A program made the position numbers and the translations under genes. DNA of 63,354 bases, the filler included. It is 7 parts of 7 records of this genome, joined end to end, with 100 filler letters (N's around TTAATTAATTAA, not from the genome) between each part and the next. Parts side by side here need not be neighbours in the genome. Positions count along the whole stretch, not along the records: positions 1 to 20,103 come from SRR20825010_2516; 6 more parts are not named here. One strand, written 5' to 3'. Position 1 is the first letter of the stretch. Each line of letters opens with the position of its first letter. A model generated the notes under the pieces. The model did not search any database, had not been told where the DNA came from, and saw only the letters and a program-made list of their open reading frames with translations. Below, one piece after another: positions 1 to 9,895 of this stretch.

Positions 1-22
1 GGCTCATTAAATCAACAGCCCG

Positions 23-75
23 ATAGGCTTCGTTGCCTGTGGGTTACAAAATCACAGGCAGAGGCCTATGCCACT
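23..75. repeat. REP-like imperfect palindrome downstream of ferredoxin
   Basis: ATAGGCTTCGTTGCCTGTG ... CACAGGCAGAGGCCTAT(GCCACT) forms an imperfect hairpin at the contig edge. Confidence 0.45.
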
Positions 76-85
76 GTTGAGCGGA

Positions 86-448
86 CTACTTGGTCGTCCA
101 CTCGGGAGCAGGTTGGATCTCGTCGGCGACCGCGCCGCCTTGGTCTTTGCGGCCGCTGCCTTCGAGTCGGCTGATCACGCGAACGGTCATGTCGTGGTCG
201 CAATTGATTTGGCAACTGAGCCGAACACCGGGCTCGGTCACTTCGCGAACGCGAAGGGTTTCTTTTTCGGCGGCAGTGATCTGTTCCGGTTCCCCTTCCA
301 CGAATTCCACTCGGCACGTCGTGCACCTGGAAACGCCACCGCAGGCGTGCAGTTGATCTGTGCCAGCCTCTTCGACCAACGCTTTGACCAAACGTTTGCC
401 AGCGGGGACATCAAAGGTACCAACGTTTTCGACGGTGAGCTTAGGCAT
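86..448 (-). CDS. 2Fe-2S ferredoxin-type protein
   Basis: HACGGVSRCTTCRV and RLSCQ cysteine pattern; start placed at ATG 448 (MPKLTV). Confidence 0.9.
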   Translation of the reverse strand: MPKLTVENVGTFDVPAGKRLVKALVEEAGTDQLHACGGVSRCTTCRVEFVEGEPEQITAAEKETLRVREVTEPGVRLSCQINCDHDMTVRVISRLEGSGRKDQGGAVADEIQPAPEWTTK

Positions 449-485
449 GGAGACTCGATTGGAAGTGGTGGGGAAAGACATCAAT

Positions 486-507
486 CGCCGGGCTGAGAAG
501 CCCGGCG
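486..507. terminator. hairpin between lysA and ferredoxin
   Basis: CGCCGGGCT-GAGA-AGCCCGGCG perfect 9-bp stem; no clear U-tract, may be an mRNA-stabilising hairpin. Confidence 0.4.
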
Positions 508-520
508 GACGAACGGTTGG

Positions 521-1804
521 TTAGCCAACGGTGGCTGACTGTTTGCGATCGACTTTCACGGAATCAAAGTCGACGGTGCAGAAGTAATCGTCGAAGGTTT
601 CAGCGCGACGGATCGCTCGGAACTCACCCGCGTCGTTGAACACGATCTCGGCGGAACGAAGACGTCCGTTGTATTGGAACCCCATGCTGTGGCCGTGAGC
701 GCCGGCATCGTGAATGACCGCGATGTCACCGACTTCTGTCGCGGGCATTTTGCGATCGATCGCGAATTTGTCGTTGTTCTCGCAAAGCGATCCGACAATG
801 TCGACGGTGCGATCAGCGGGTTGGTCCTCTTTGCCCATCACGGTGATGTGATGGTAAGCCCCGTACATGCCCGGACGCATCAGGTTGCTCATGCAAGCGT
901 CCACGCCGACGTAGTCTTTGTAGGACGATTTTTGATTGATGACTTTGGTGATCAAGTAACCAAACGGTCCGGTCATCGCACGACCGTTTTCCATCAGGAT
1001 TCGCACAGGAGCGATTCCAGCAGGAACCAAGATCGATTCGTAAAGCTTGCGAACACCATCGCCAAACGCTGGCAAGTCGACAGGTTCTTGGCCGGGCTGG
1101 TAAGGCACGCCGATTCCGCCACCCAGGTTGATGCACTCGACCGAGATGCCCGTTTCGCGATGAATTTCGGCGGCGAGCTCAAACAACATTTCGGCGGTTT
1201 GCAACAACGCTTCGATGTTCAGTTCATTGCTGACCACCATCGCGTGCAAACCGAATCGCGAAATGCCGAGTTCGGCACAGCGGCGATAGCCATCCATGAG
1301 TTGCTCGCGAGTGCTACCGAACTTGGCTTCTTTGGGATCGCCGATGATCACATTGCCCTGGCGTTCCGGTCCGGGATTGAATCGGAACGAAACCATTTCT
1401 GGCAACGGGCTCAATTGAGCAATTTGGTCAATGTGGTGCGGGGTATCGAGATTGATGATCGCGCCGAGTTTGTTGGCGATCTCAAACTCTTCCATCGTGG
1501 TGTTGTTGGACGTGAACATCACGTCTTGGCCGGTGATGCCCAATCGTTCGCAGGTGATCAACTCGGCCACGCTGCTGCAATCTGCCCCACCGCCTTCCTC
1601 GGCCATCATCGCGACGATGTGCGGGTTCGGGGTGGCTTTGACAGCGAAATACTGCTGAAACCCTTCGTTCCAGGCAAACGCATCGGTCAATTCACGAGCC
1701 CGCGCGCGGATCCCATCTTCGTGATACAGGACGAATGGCGTGGGGTGATCTTCGATGATTCGGTCGATCAAGTCGCGATCGAACGGCAATGGTTGATAGT
1801 GCAT
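521..1804 (-). CDS. lysA: diaminopimelate decarboxylase
   Basis: FAVKATPN PLP-lysine motif, NLGGG, ENGR, GSLCENND, GAHGHSMGFQYNGR. Confidence 0.92.
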   Translation of the reverse strand: MHYQPLPFDRDLIDRIIEDHPTPFVLYHEDGIRARARELTDAFAWNEGFQQYFAVKATPNPHIVAMMAEEGGGADCSSVAELITCERLGITGQDVMFTSNNTTMEEFEIANKLGAIINLDTPHHIDQIAQLSPLPEMVSFRFNPGPERQGNVIIGDPKEAKFGSTREQLMDGYRRCAELGISRFGLHAMVVSNELNIEALLQTAEMLFELAAEIHRETGISVECINLGGGIGVPYQPGQEPVDLPAFGDGVRKLYESILVPAGIAPVRILMENGRAMTGPFGYLITKVINQKSSYKDYVGVDACMSNLMRPGMYGAYHHITVMGKEDQPADRTVDIVGSLCENNDKFAIDRKMPATEVGDIAVIHDAGAHGHSMGFQYNGRLRSAEIVFNDAGEFRAIRRAETFDDYFCTVDFDSVKVDRKQSATVG

Positions 1805-1885
1805 CAGAGGGCTCTGGAATCGGTTGAAAGTGTTCCGAGTGGAGTACCCGAAAGAATAGTCGCAGGAGCAACTTTCGAAAACCGA

Positions 1886-4123
1886 TCAGTTGCCGTCACC
1901 AAACGAGAACCCAAACCCGCTGAAGGGCACGATTCCATAGACGCCCTCGGTGAAGACCTGGCTGACGAACCGGTCAAACAACCGAATCGGGCTGGGGGGG
2001 ATGATGACCACGTCGCCGTCCTGCAACCAGATTTCGTCGATTGGACGAGAATCCTTGCCCATGATGGCACCTCGCAGGTCCAGCATCGTGGACAGCAATT
2101 CCCAGTTCGGACCGCGACGGAAAATCACGACCTGACGCAGGTTTGCCCCGGGGACATAGCCACCGCCCAACGCAATTCCGCCCAGCACGGTTGTCGGTGC
2201 GTCGATTTCGAATCGGCCCGGTGTGGTGACTTCACCCAGAACATAAACGTAGTGGGGAGCCTGTTGCTCGAGGACGACTTCGACATCCAAGCCAGCCGAC
2301 ATCGAATCGTATCGCAGGATGACTTCGCGTTTGAGTTCGCTCAGCGTCAGGCCTTGTGCAGGAACGGCTCCCAAACGAGGCAACCGGAGCGTGCCTTCGG
2401 GCGTGATCGTTTGCACGGTTTGTTGAGGGTTGAACCCTTCGGAACCACTGATGGCCTCGCGAATTTGTCGGGCGATGTTGCCGGTCGCGACAGGAGTCAC
2501 ATCGATCGACGGATCGGGGTAGTACTCCTCGTAGCGTTCGTTCAACAATTCGCGAAGCTGATCGATGGTTTGGCCGGCCGCATGAATCTGACCGATGAAA
2601 CGCAGCGTGATCGTTCCGTCGGGTTGGATTTCCAAACCGCGTTCGAGTGTTCCTCGAGTCAGCTTTTCATCCGCTTCGGATTCGATCAACAGTTCATCAC
2701 CGACAACCAAGCGGTAAGCACCGACCGAACGGACGGTTTTGATCAAGAACGTCAACTGGACTTGGTCTCCGCCACGCAATCGGTATTCGTGCATCGGTGC
2801 CGTACGTGCTGGTCCGACATAATTGCCAGGACCGTAGAGGTTGAACGGCATGCTTTGAGGACAACGCCAGCACTGGCAGGCGGGACGAGTGCCGGTGCAA
2901 ACGCCGAGCGTCTTGCTCAACCGTTCCACCCCAACACCACTGCGGTCGACGCATCCGCCACAAGTTGAGCACGTGACCGAGCTGGGATGGCCCGAAAGTG
3001 GACCTCCACCGTGGGATGCGAACGATGCGGGCAATGGCCAACGTGTGACTTCGTCTTGCATCAAGTCCGGCCATGTGGGCGTGCCCATGTTCTGACTCGA
3101 AGCAGATCCACTGCGGTTGGAGTTCGTCGAGTGTTGTCGCGAATCCATCGTCTCGGTATCGATCACAGAACGTGAACGAGTTGCCGATGGATCATCCGCT
3201 GGCTTCTTGGGATCCGCTTCACGTCTTGGCGGCTCCGTATCCTCGGCGCGTTTCGCCGGAGGAGTTGTCGGTTTGGTTGATTGAGTCGAACGAGCTTTCG
3301 GCGCAGGCGAGGTGCGCGGTGCTTCAAGATCGCTGGCTGATTCGACCGCGGTGTCCTCGTCCTTCAACGCATTGAGACGTTTGGATTGTTCGCTCGATTT
3401 GGGTGTTTGAGTTCGTTCGCGATTTGGAACCGGCCGAAACTCAGGCAACTCTTGGTTGTTCGTGGCTGGTGCGTTGCCTCCCAAGCGTTGTGGACGAGCG
3501 GGTGTCGTTCGGTCCGTCTGAGGTTGACGAGGGCGAAGCGGTGGCGGCAGTTCCAGTAGTTTCTCTTGTTCCGCCGTTTTCTGGTTGACGGAAGGCTTCA
3601 CCGTGCGAGGCGGGGATGCCGGTGGCGTCAATGCCGGTGGAACCGGCGGCGGTGTGGACGGTTTGGCCGGTGCCGGAGTCGGGATCGATTCGGGCAACGA
3701 ATTGTTGCGTGGCGCAGTTGGTTCGGCGGGTGCGGCGTTGGATGGCAAGCCGGGGATCAAGTCACGAGAACGTGATTCGAAGCGTGCGCGTGCTTCCAGC
3801 TTGGCTTGTTCGGCACGCAAGTTGTGCTCTTCCAAGCGCTGGCGATAGTTCCGCAGTGAGTTGACCTCAAGCAGTTCGTCTTCATTGACCGGTGGATTGT
3901 CCGGCAGGTCGTCCATGGCGAACGATGGCGCTGGCAACTTGGCCGTGTTGCCACCCAAGACCGTTGGCCGCGGGTTGGTTTCAGGAGTCGCTTGTCCCGG
4001 CGCGACCAATTCCTGCGCGTGCGATGGCATGACGGACAGAACATCCACGCAGATCATTGGCAGCAACAAACCGGTTGCCAAGCAAACGCGACGAAACGCC
4101 GATCGAAGACGAGTTGGTTTCAT
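1886..4123 (-). CDS. polysaccharide biosynthesis/export (Wza-like, Poly_export/SLBB) protein with long Pro-rich N-terminus
   Basis: EYRLRGGD, YRLVVGD, IQPDGTITLRFIG, VYVLGEV..PGRFE, LQDGDVVIIP; signal peptide after MKPTRL; start uncertain (ORF open to 4177). Confidence 0.85.
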   Translation of the reverse strand: MKPTRLRSAFRRVCLATGLLLPMICVDVLSVMPSHAQELVAPGQATPETNPRPTVLGGNTAKLPAPSFAMDDLPDNPPVNEDELLEVNSLRNYRQRLEEHNLRAEQAKLEARARFESRSRDLIPGLPSNAAPAEPTAPRNNSLPESIPTPAPAKPSTPPPVPPALTPPASPPRTVKPSVNQKTAEQEKLLELPPPLRPRQPQTDRTTPARPQRLGGNAPATNNQELPEFRPVPNRERTQTPKSSEQSKRLNALKDEDTAVESASDLEAPRTSPAPKARSTQSTKPTTPPAKRAEDTEPPRREADPKKPADDPSATRSRSVIDTETMDSRQHSTNSNRSGSASSQNMGTPTWPDLMQDEVTRWPLPASFASHGGGPLSGHPSSVTCSTCGGCVDRSGVGVERLSKTLGVCTGTRPACQCWRCPQSMPFNLYGPGNYVGPARTAPMHEYRLRGGDQVQLTFLIKTVRSVGAYRLVVGDELLIESEADEKLTRGTLERGLEIQPDGTITLRFIGQIHAAGQTIDQLRELLNERYEEYYPDPSIDVTPVATGNIARQIREAISGSEGFNPQQTVQTITPEGTLRLPRLGAVPAQGLTLSELKREVILRYDSMSAGLDVEVVLEQQAPHYVYVLGEVTTPGRFEIDAPTTVLGGIALGGGYVPGANLRQVVIFRRGPNWELLSTMLDLRGAIMGKDSRPIDEIWLQDGDVVIIPPSPIRLFDRFVSQVFTEGVYGIVPFSGFGFSFGDGN

Positions 4124-4170
4124 GGGACGATCCATCGAAATCAGGTGGACGGTGAGGGCGCTGGCTTGCA

Positions 4171-5655
4171 TTACCAAAACAGACCACTGCGGGGCGTTGT
4201 CGAACGAGCGGGAGCGGTGGGCATTGACGGATCAACAATTCGTGATTGAGTCGCACGACCATTTGGTGCCGGCACAATCAGCTGGCCTTGGTCAATCGAA
4301 TTCCGCTGCATGGGACGTGACGCTGTCTGCGGATAAGCGTGCGATGGCACCTGTCTGGTCGCAACGTTTGACTGAGTGAAATTTTGTTGCGCAGCCTGTT
4401 GATTCGTTGCTGCAAACTGCTGATGCGTTTTCGCGAATTGCGACGGCGTCATCACTTGAACCGGCAGTTCGCTGGGCAAGTTTGTCGAGGCGAGTTGTTG
4501 CTGACATTCAGCCGCCAATTGATCGTCGCCTGATTGGCTGGCCGCTCGCATCAGATCTTCAACGCTTTGTCGTGTTGGTTTCTGCTTCACACTCAGCAGC
4601 AACAACTCTTTCGCAATCGCGGGCATCGATCGGCTGAGTAAGTTGCGTCCCAGTTCGGCGGTGGCTTGGGGATTGTCGGGGCCGATTTCGACCGCCGCAC
4701 GCCGGTACATCAAAGCCAGTTCCGACGCGTGTAATCGAGAGCGTGATTCGGTCAAATCGGAATTGGATTGTGGTGTCAGTGTGGCTGATTCCAGATCCGC
4801 CAAAATCATGGTGGCTTCCGCTGCGAGCGGACCGCCAATGGTGGCTTCGACCCAGCGTTGGCGTGCGTAATTGAGGTAAGCCTCGATCGCACGTTCCGCA
4901 GTCAACGACGATGTGTCCACACCATGAAGCGCCGGTGTTTGGTGCACTTCAACCAACCGATTCAAGGCGGCTTGATCGACCGGGCCATAGCGACCGGTGA
5001 AGTCAGTCGACTCCTGTATCGCGGTGATCGCTTCGTTGAGCTGCGACGTGTGCAGGTTGCCTCCGGTTTGCGAGTCTCGCAGCGAGGCGATGATACGAAG
5101 CGTTTGCGTCGCGGACTCTTTGGCCGAATGAAACGCGCCTCGGCGTGCGGCGAAGTGAGCGCTTCGAAGTTGGTTGACCGCTGATTGCGCCAAATCGGCC
5201 GTGCGAGCGTGGTGATTGATCGGATCGGATGCGGGCATCGGCCGAGTGAACGCTTGCTGTGATTGTCCGAGCGATGCGGTAGCGCTGTCGCTCACATCCA
5301 GTTTGCGCCGTCGCGTGATTGTTGGTGGTTCTTCCGCCGGCACCGGCGTGTTCATGATGATGGTGACCGGAGGAAGAGCAGGGGCAACCAAGGCTGGTTG
5401 GGCTGCGGGCGGTTTCCAAGCCGGTGCCGTTTCAGATGTAGGGGGAAGAGCCAACGGGCGCGGTTGCCAAACTCGGCTGGGTTTTGAGTTTGGTCCCGTC
5501 GGCAAATCACCGGCATGGGCCGATGCTGAGATCGACGCAATCAAGACCGCCAACGAGACACGTCGGACCAGCAAGCCGCGACGAGACCGTTCCTTGGCGG
5601 TTCGATCTGCGCGGTCTCGACCAGTCAGATGTCGTGGCTTCATATTGCGATCCAT
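4171..5655 (-). CDS. secreted hypothetical protein with helical/TPR-like C-terminal half
   Basis: long ORF; signal-like LAVLIASISASAHA; co-oriented with the export gene; start uncertain (ORF open to 5862). Confidence 0.7.
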   Translation of the reverse strand: MDRNMKPRHLTGRDRADRTAKERSRRGLLVRRVSLAVLIASISASAHAGDLPTGPNSKPSRVWQPRPLALPPTSETAPAWKPPAAQPALVAPALPPVTIIMNTPVPAEEPPTITRRRKLDVSDSATASLGQSQQAFTRPMPASDPINHHARTADLAQSAVNQLRSAHFAARRGAFHSAKESATQTLRIIASLRDSQTGGNLHTSQLNEAITAIQESTDFTGRYGPVDQAALNRLVEVHQTPALHGVDTSSLTAERAIEAYLNYARQRWVEATIGGPLAAEATMILADLESATLTPQSNSDLTESRSRLHASELALMYRRAAVEIGPDNPQATAELGRNLLSRSMPAIAKELLLLSVKQKPTRQSVEDLMRAASQSGDDQLAAECQQQLASTNLPSELPVQVMTPSQFAKTHQQFAATNQQAAQQNFTQSNVATRQVPSHAYPQTASRPMQRNSIDQGQLIVPAPNGRATQSRIVDPSMPTAPARSTTPRSGLFW

Positions 5656-6072
5656 CGCATTCCCAGCGTGTTTCGGAGGGGAGTTCATCCTTGAAGTCCC
5701 AGGTCCATGAGGACCGTGCTGAAGAGTCGCGGAGCATTCGTTCGGCATCCGATCCGAGCGAAATTCAGGCGACATTGTCCAGCTATCCGGCGTATCGACG
5801 AACCCGCAGGAATTTCTGTACACGGAGCCGCCACCGGTGGGTGGAATCAACGCTTCGAACACGCGTGACCGTTATCCAGGTGCAAATTCGCACAACCGGC
5901 ATATTCGGACTGCGGGCTGAATTGACAGGGGCGATTCGATGATGACGCCCGTCAAATCATGGCTCATTCCACTGAGGATGATTTTTGAAGCCTTTGAACT
6001 TGCTCTCCGGTCCTCAAAGCTGTCAACCAAGTAGTTGATAAACGACTCGCAAACCATCCAATTGATTGAGGT

Positions 6073-7038
6073 TTGACCGTGAGGACTGTGCAAGGCGGAG
6101 TGAACCGTCGCGGATTCACATTGGTGGAATTGTTGGTGGTGATCGCCATCATTGGCGTTCTGATCGCAATGCTTTTGCCGGCGGTCCAGAGCGTTCGTGA
6201 GGCGGCTCGCCAGACCAAGTGTCGCAATCGAATCCGTCAAATTGCGTTGGCGTGTCAGAACTACGAATCCATGTTTCGCGACCTTCCCGGCTACTCGGGC
6301 GAAGTCCCTCCCTTCTTGGTCGACTTTGACAGCCGCCGGCAATACGACTCTCGGTTCAATGGCGGCAATTGGTTGGTCCAAGCGATGGCGCTGATGGAGC
6401 AAGCTGACTTGGCACCGCCGCTGGCGAAGATCGGAGCCGCGACAACGATCACGCCGACTGACCGAGTGCAGCATCACGTCCAATCGGCGATCGCGACTTT
6501 TCACTGCCCAACCCGACGCGACGCGGACGCTTATCCATTGTTAGAACCGTATCTCAGTCGGTACGGAGAGACCGGCGGACGAACGGATTATGCCATGAGC
6601 GGTGGGCCCGCGTCGGTCAACGAGGCGGACCATCGAGTCATCGAAAGCGAGTACGACGGGGTTTGGCGTTTAGGCGGCAGAACTCGCTTGTCACGAGTTT
6701 GGGACGGTTTAAGTCACACGTATTTGGTCGGCGAAAAGGCGATGGATTCGCTGAAATACACCACCGGGGACTGCTTTGGCGACCGGGCTCCTCTGGCCGG
6801 TTACACAGGAATCGGGACAACCACGCACTCATATGTCCGTTTCGCGGCCCGGCAACCGGCATTGGACACCCCCGACAATTGTTTGTCGTGTCACGACTTT
6901 GGAAGTGCCCACCCGCATGGCTGGAATGCAGCGATGGTGGATGGATCGGTGAAAATGTTGACGTACACTCAAGACATCAACATTCACCGCGCGGCCGCGT
7001 CGATCGATGGTCGCGAAATTCCTACCTACGATCATTGA
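6073..7038 (+). CDS. DUF1559 prepilin-type N-terminal cleavage domain protein with H-X9-DG motif
   Basis: [46 protein letters not shown] 6100 is an alternative start. Confidence 0.92.
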   Translation: MTVRTVQGGVNRRGFTLVELLVVIAIIGVLIAMLLPAVQSVREAARQTKCRNRIRQIALACQNYESMFRDLPGYSGEVPPFLVDFDSRRQYDSRFNGGNWLVQAMALMEQADLAPPLAKIGAATTITPTDRVQHHVQSAIATFHCPTRRDADAYPLLEPYLSRYGETGGRTDYAMSGGPASVNEADHRVIESEYDGVWRLGGRTRLSRVWDGLSHTYLVGEKAMDSLKYTTGDCFGDRAPLAGYTGIGTTTHSYVRFAARQPALDTPDNCLSCHDFGSAHPHGWNAAMVDGSVKMLTYTQDINIHRAAASIDGREIPTYDH

Positions 7039-7045
7039 TTTCAAT

Positions 7046-7240
7046 TTGACTCAATCGAAACTGCCCAAGAAGTCGATTTGCAAATGGGATAAGTCCACTC
7101 TCGCGGCCGCCTTGCCATTGTTGGCGGAACAAATTCGGTCAGCCGAGTTCGTTTGCCGGAAATGTGGTCGCTCAGCGGCTGACAAAAAGTTGTTGTGTAA
7201 AGCAGTTCGAATGGATTCACTGAGCGACACGAAAGCGTAA
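7046..7240 (+). CDS. small Cys-rich hypothetical protein
   Basis: SICKW...FVCRKCGRSA..KKLLCK pattern; start uncertain (TTG 7046). Confidence 0.65.
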   Translation: MTQSKLPKKSICKWDKSTLAAALPLLAEQIRSAEFVCRKCGRSAADKKLLCKAVRMDSLSDTKA

Positions 7241-7244
7241 CGGT

Positions 7245-8651
7245 TTGATTCGACAGTTCGCCAAATGGATGTTTGCATGCGGCGTGGCCGTGGGAGTCAC
7301 TCCATGGATGATGGGATGTTCCCCTTCTTCGTCCACGACCGAACAAGTCGCGACAACACCGCAGCAGTTTGTAATCGCACGTGGCGAACCTCGCGATCGA
7401 CTGCGGCAGATCTTCGCTCGCTATCGTGGTAGTTCTTACTATCAAGACACCAGCGAAGTGGTGCTGCGCGTGGTCCCGATGTCGGATGCATCCTCGGAGT
7501 TGTTCTCAGGTGGAAATCAGGAACAGCGGGCTCCGTTTCGGGTGCGTTGGACTGGCAGCCAGTTGGATGTTCAGGCGTATGCGGTTCGATTGCGCGTCAG
7601 TTCTGCAACGCAGGCCAATCAGGTCGAATTGAACGCCTGGTTTGACGAACCCGAAACACGCCACTTTGATTCGCAGATGTTGGTTGACGTCTGGCAGAAA
7701 CCTGTCAACCAACGATTGGACTTGGATCGGGTGCTCGCCGACGAGGTGCTGCGGTCGAAATTGTCGGCTGGTTTGGCTGGTCCACCGCCACAATTGGAAT
7801 GGTTGTTCGCGGGCGATCCGATGTCCGGGATTTTCGAACCCACCGCAAAACTGAAGTGGCTGCCTGACGCGAATTTTGCCGGTCAAAAAATGCGACGCAT
7901 CGCGGCCGAAACGGAAGGAAAGTCTTATGTGTTTTGGATCGATCCTACGGTCAGCGTGATCCGACGGGTTGAGTTGCCGCTTCCAGCGATGGAAGGATTG
8001 GACACAAACCGAAGTTCGTTGACGTTGGAGTTTCGGAAGGCCGTGTTCGCACCCGATTCGGGTAGCGGAGATGCGACTCGATTTGATTTCCAACCGCCGT
8101 TCACACCACAACGTGTGTCGCGGTTTGTTCCCGTTCCACCGCCACCACCATCAAGCATTCTTGGGCGACGTTTGCCAAACAATGCGATGCGATCCATTCG
8201 TTCCGATGGCAATGCAACCGAAGTGGTTTTGTTTCGTCTGTCGGAAGAAGAGGAAATCTCTGCGAACGAGCCTCGCCTGATTGCGGCAGCGATCACCCAA
8301 TCAAGACAATCCAATTTGTCCCATGTTCAATGGGTCGTTGCCACCGAAGAAGATGGATTCCGTCGCGAGTTGTCGGCCGCTTGGTCGGGCGCGGTCACGG
8401 TACTCGATTCAGAATCGCTTGATGATGTTTTTGGTTTGCTGCGTTTGAAGCCGGGTAGCGCGGCGGTGATCGATGCGGATCAAACGGTGCTTTTGACGGA
8501 GCAACAAGTCAATGCAAGTTCAGTCGGCAACGTGATTGCAGCGCTGGCCGATGATGCCGCAGGCGTGGATGTGCCCGCGAAGATTCAAGCGGACTACAAG
8601 CAACTCAATCAAGCTTACGAAGCCGAACTGTCGGAGGCACTTCAACAGTAG
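7245..8651 (+). CDS. hypothetical lipoprotein
   Basis: 468-aa ORF, N-terminal hydrophobic stretch ending MMGC; stop overlaps the convergent wecB stop region. Confidence 0.7.
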   Translation: MIRQFAKWMFACGVAVGVTPWMMGCSPSSSTTEQVATTPQQFVIARGEPRDRLRQIFARYRGSSYYQDTSEVVLRVVPMSDASSELFSGGNQEQRAPFRVRWTGSQLDVQAYAVRLRVSSATQANQVELNAWFDEPETRHFDSQMLVDVWQKPVNQRLDLDRVLADEVLRSKLSAGLAGPPPQLEWLFAGDPMSGIFEPTAKLKWLPDANFAGQKMRRIAAETEGKSYVFWIDPTVSVIRRVELPLPAMEGLDTNRSSLTLEFRKAVFAPDSGSGDATRFDFQPPFTPQRVSRFVPVPPPPPSSILGRRLPNNAMRSIRSDGNATEVVLFRLSEEEEISANEPRLIAAAITQSRQSNLSHVQWVVATEEDGFRRELSAAWSGAVTVLDSESLDDVFGLLRLKPGSAAVIDADQTVLLTEQQVNASSVGNVIAALADDAAGVDVPAKIQADYKQLNQAYEAELSEALQQ

Positions 8652-9784
8652 TGCTGAGCAATCGCATCCAGGATCTTCTGTGATGCGGTTCCATCCCCGT
8701 AAGGGTTCGTCGCTCGAGCCATTTGTTCGTAAGCTTCCCGGTCGCTGAGCAGCTCACTGACGCCGTCCACAATATTCTTGCGAACTGGGCCGACTAACCG
8801 AACGGTGCCCGCATCGACGCCTTCGGGACGTTCGGTTGTATCTCGCATCACCAACACGGGTTTGCCAAGTCCGGGGGCTTCTTCTTGCACTCCGCCCGAG
8901 TCGGTCAGCACCAATTCGCATGCTTGCATCAAAGCAACAAACGGGCGGTACGACTGCGGTGGCAACAGCAGCACGTTATCGAATGCTCCCAACGCCTTTT
9001 GAACAGGTCCCGAAACGTTTGGGTTCAAGTGAACCGGGTACACAAATCGGACGTCCGGGAATCGCTCAGCCAGTTCTGATATCGCACCGCAGATCTCATC
9101 GAAGCCACCGCCAAAATTTTCGCGTCGGTGCCCGGTGATCAAGACAAACCTTTTGTCTCGCCAATCACTTGGAAGGACCGCCCCGAGCTCTTCGTCGATC
9201 TTCGCCGCAACTGCAGGATCCGATTGTTGCTGAACCTCCAAGTGCAATGCATCGATCACCGTGTTTCCCGTCACAAAGATTTTGGCGGGATCGATTCGTT
9301 CGTTCAGCAAGTTCGCTTCACTGACCGATGTCGGTGCGAAGTGCAACGTGCTAATGGGACTGGCCAGCACACGGTTGGCCTCTTCGGGGAATGGACTAGC
9401 AAGGTTGCCAGTTCGCAGACCAGCTTCGATGTGGCCGGTGGGGATGCGGCGGTAAAAGCATGCTAGCGAGGCCATCAGGACGGTCGTCGTGTCACCTTGG
9501 ACGAGAGCAAAATCAGGCTGTTCGGCTTCGAGAATTTGATCGATCGATGCGATCAGTTTCGAGGACAGGCCCGCCAGGGTTTGCCCCGGCGTCATCACGC
9601 CCAGATCGTGATGTACTGGCAGATCGAAAATGTCGATCACCTGATCCAGCATTTCGCGGTGTTGTCCAGTCGAAACCGACAGCAATTCGAATCGCTCGTC
9701 ATCGGCGAGCCGTTTGATCACGGGAGCGACCTTGATCGCTTCGGGGCGGGTTCCAAAGAAGACGGCTATTTTGGGGCGTTTCAT
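8642..9784 (-). CDS. wecB: UDP-N-acetylglucosamine 2-epimerase (non-hydrolysing)
   Basis: FGTRPEAIK, STGQHREML, GHIEAGLRT, TDSGGVQEEAP, NPYGDG. Confidence 0.96.
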   Translation of the reverse strand: MKRPKIAVFFGTRPEAIKVAPVIKRLADDERFELLSVSTGQHREMLDQVIDIFDLPVHHDLGVMTPGQTLAGLSSKLIASIDQILEAEQPDFALVQGDTTTVLMASLACFYRRIPTGHIEAGLRTGNLASPFPEEANRVLASPISTLHFAPTSVSEANLLNERIDPAKIFVTGNTVIDALHLEVQQQSDPAVAAKIDEELGAVLPSDWRDKRFVLITGHRRENFGGGFDEICGAISELAERFPDVRFVYPVHLNPNVSGPVQKALGAFDNVLLLPPQSYRPFVALMQACELVLTDSGGVQEEAPGLGKPVLVMRDTTERPEGVDAGTVRLVGPVRKNIVDGVSELLSDREAYEQMARATNPYGDGTASQKILDAIAQHYC

Positions 9785-9895
9785 TGACTAGACTGCGTGG
9801 CGAATTGAATCGTGGAACTGGCGGCCCACTATAGTTCGAACCTCGCCGATCCCCAGTGAACTTTCCGAAGCCCTGAACCTAGAGTCATAAATCAG

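Noticed and set aside
674-2968. 764-aa + strand ORF
   Set aside because: Antisense shadow of lysA and the export gene, with no recognisable motifs.
8642-8651. Overlap of convergent genes
   Set aside because: A 10-bp tail-to-tail overlap is common and uninformative.
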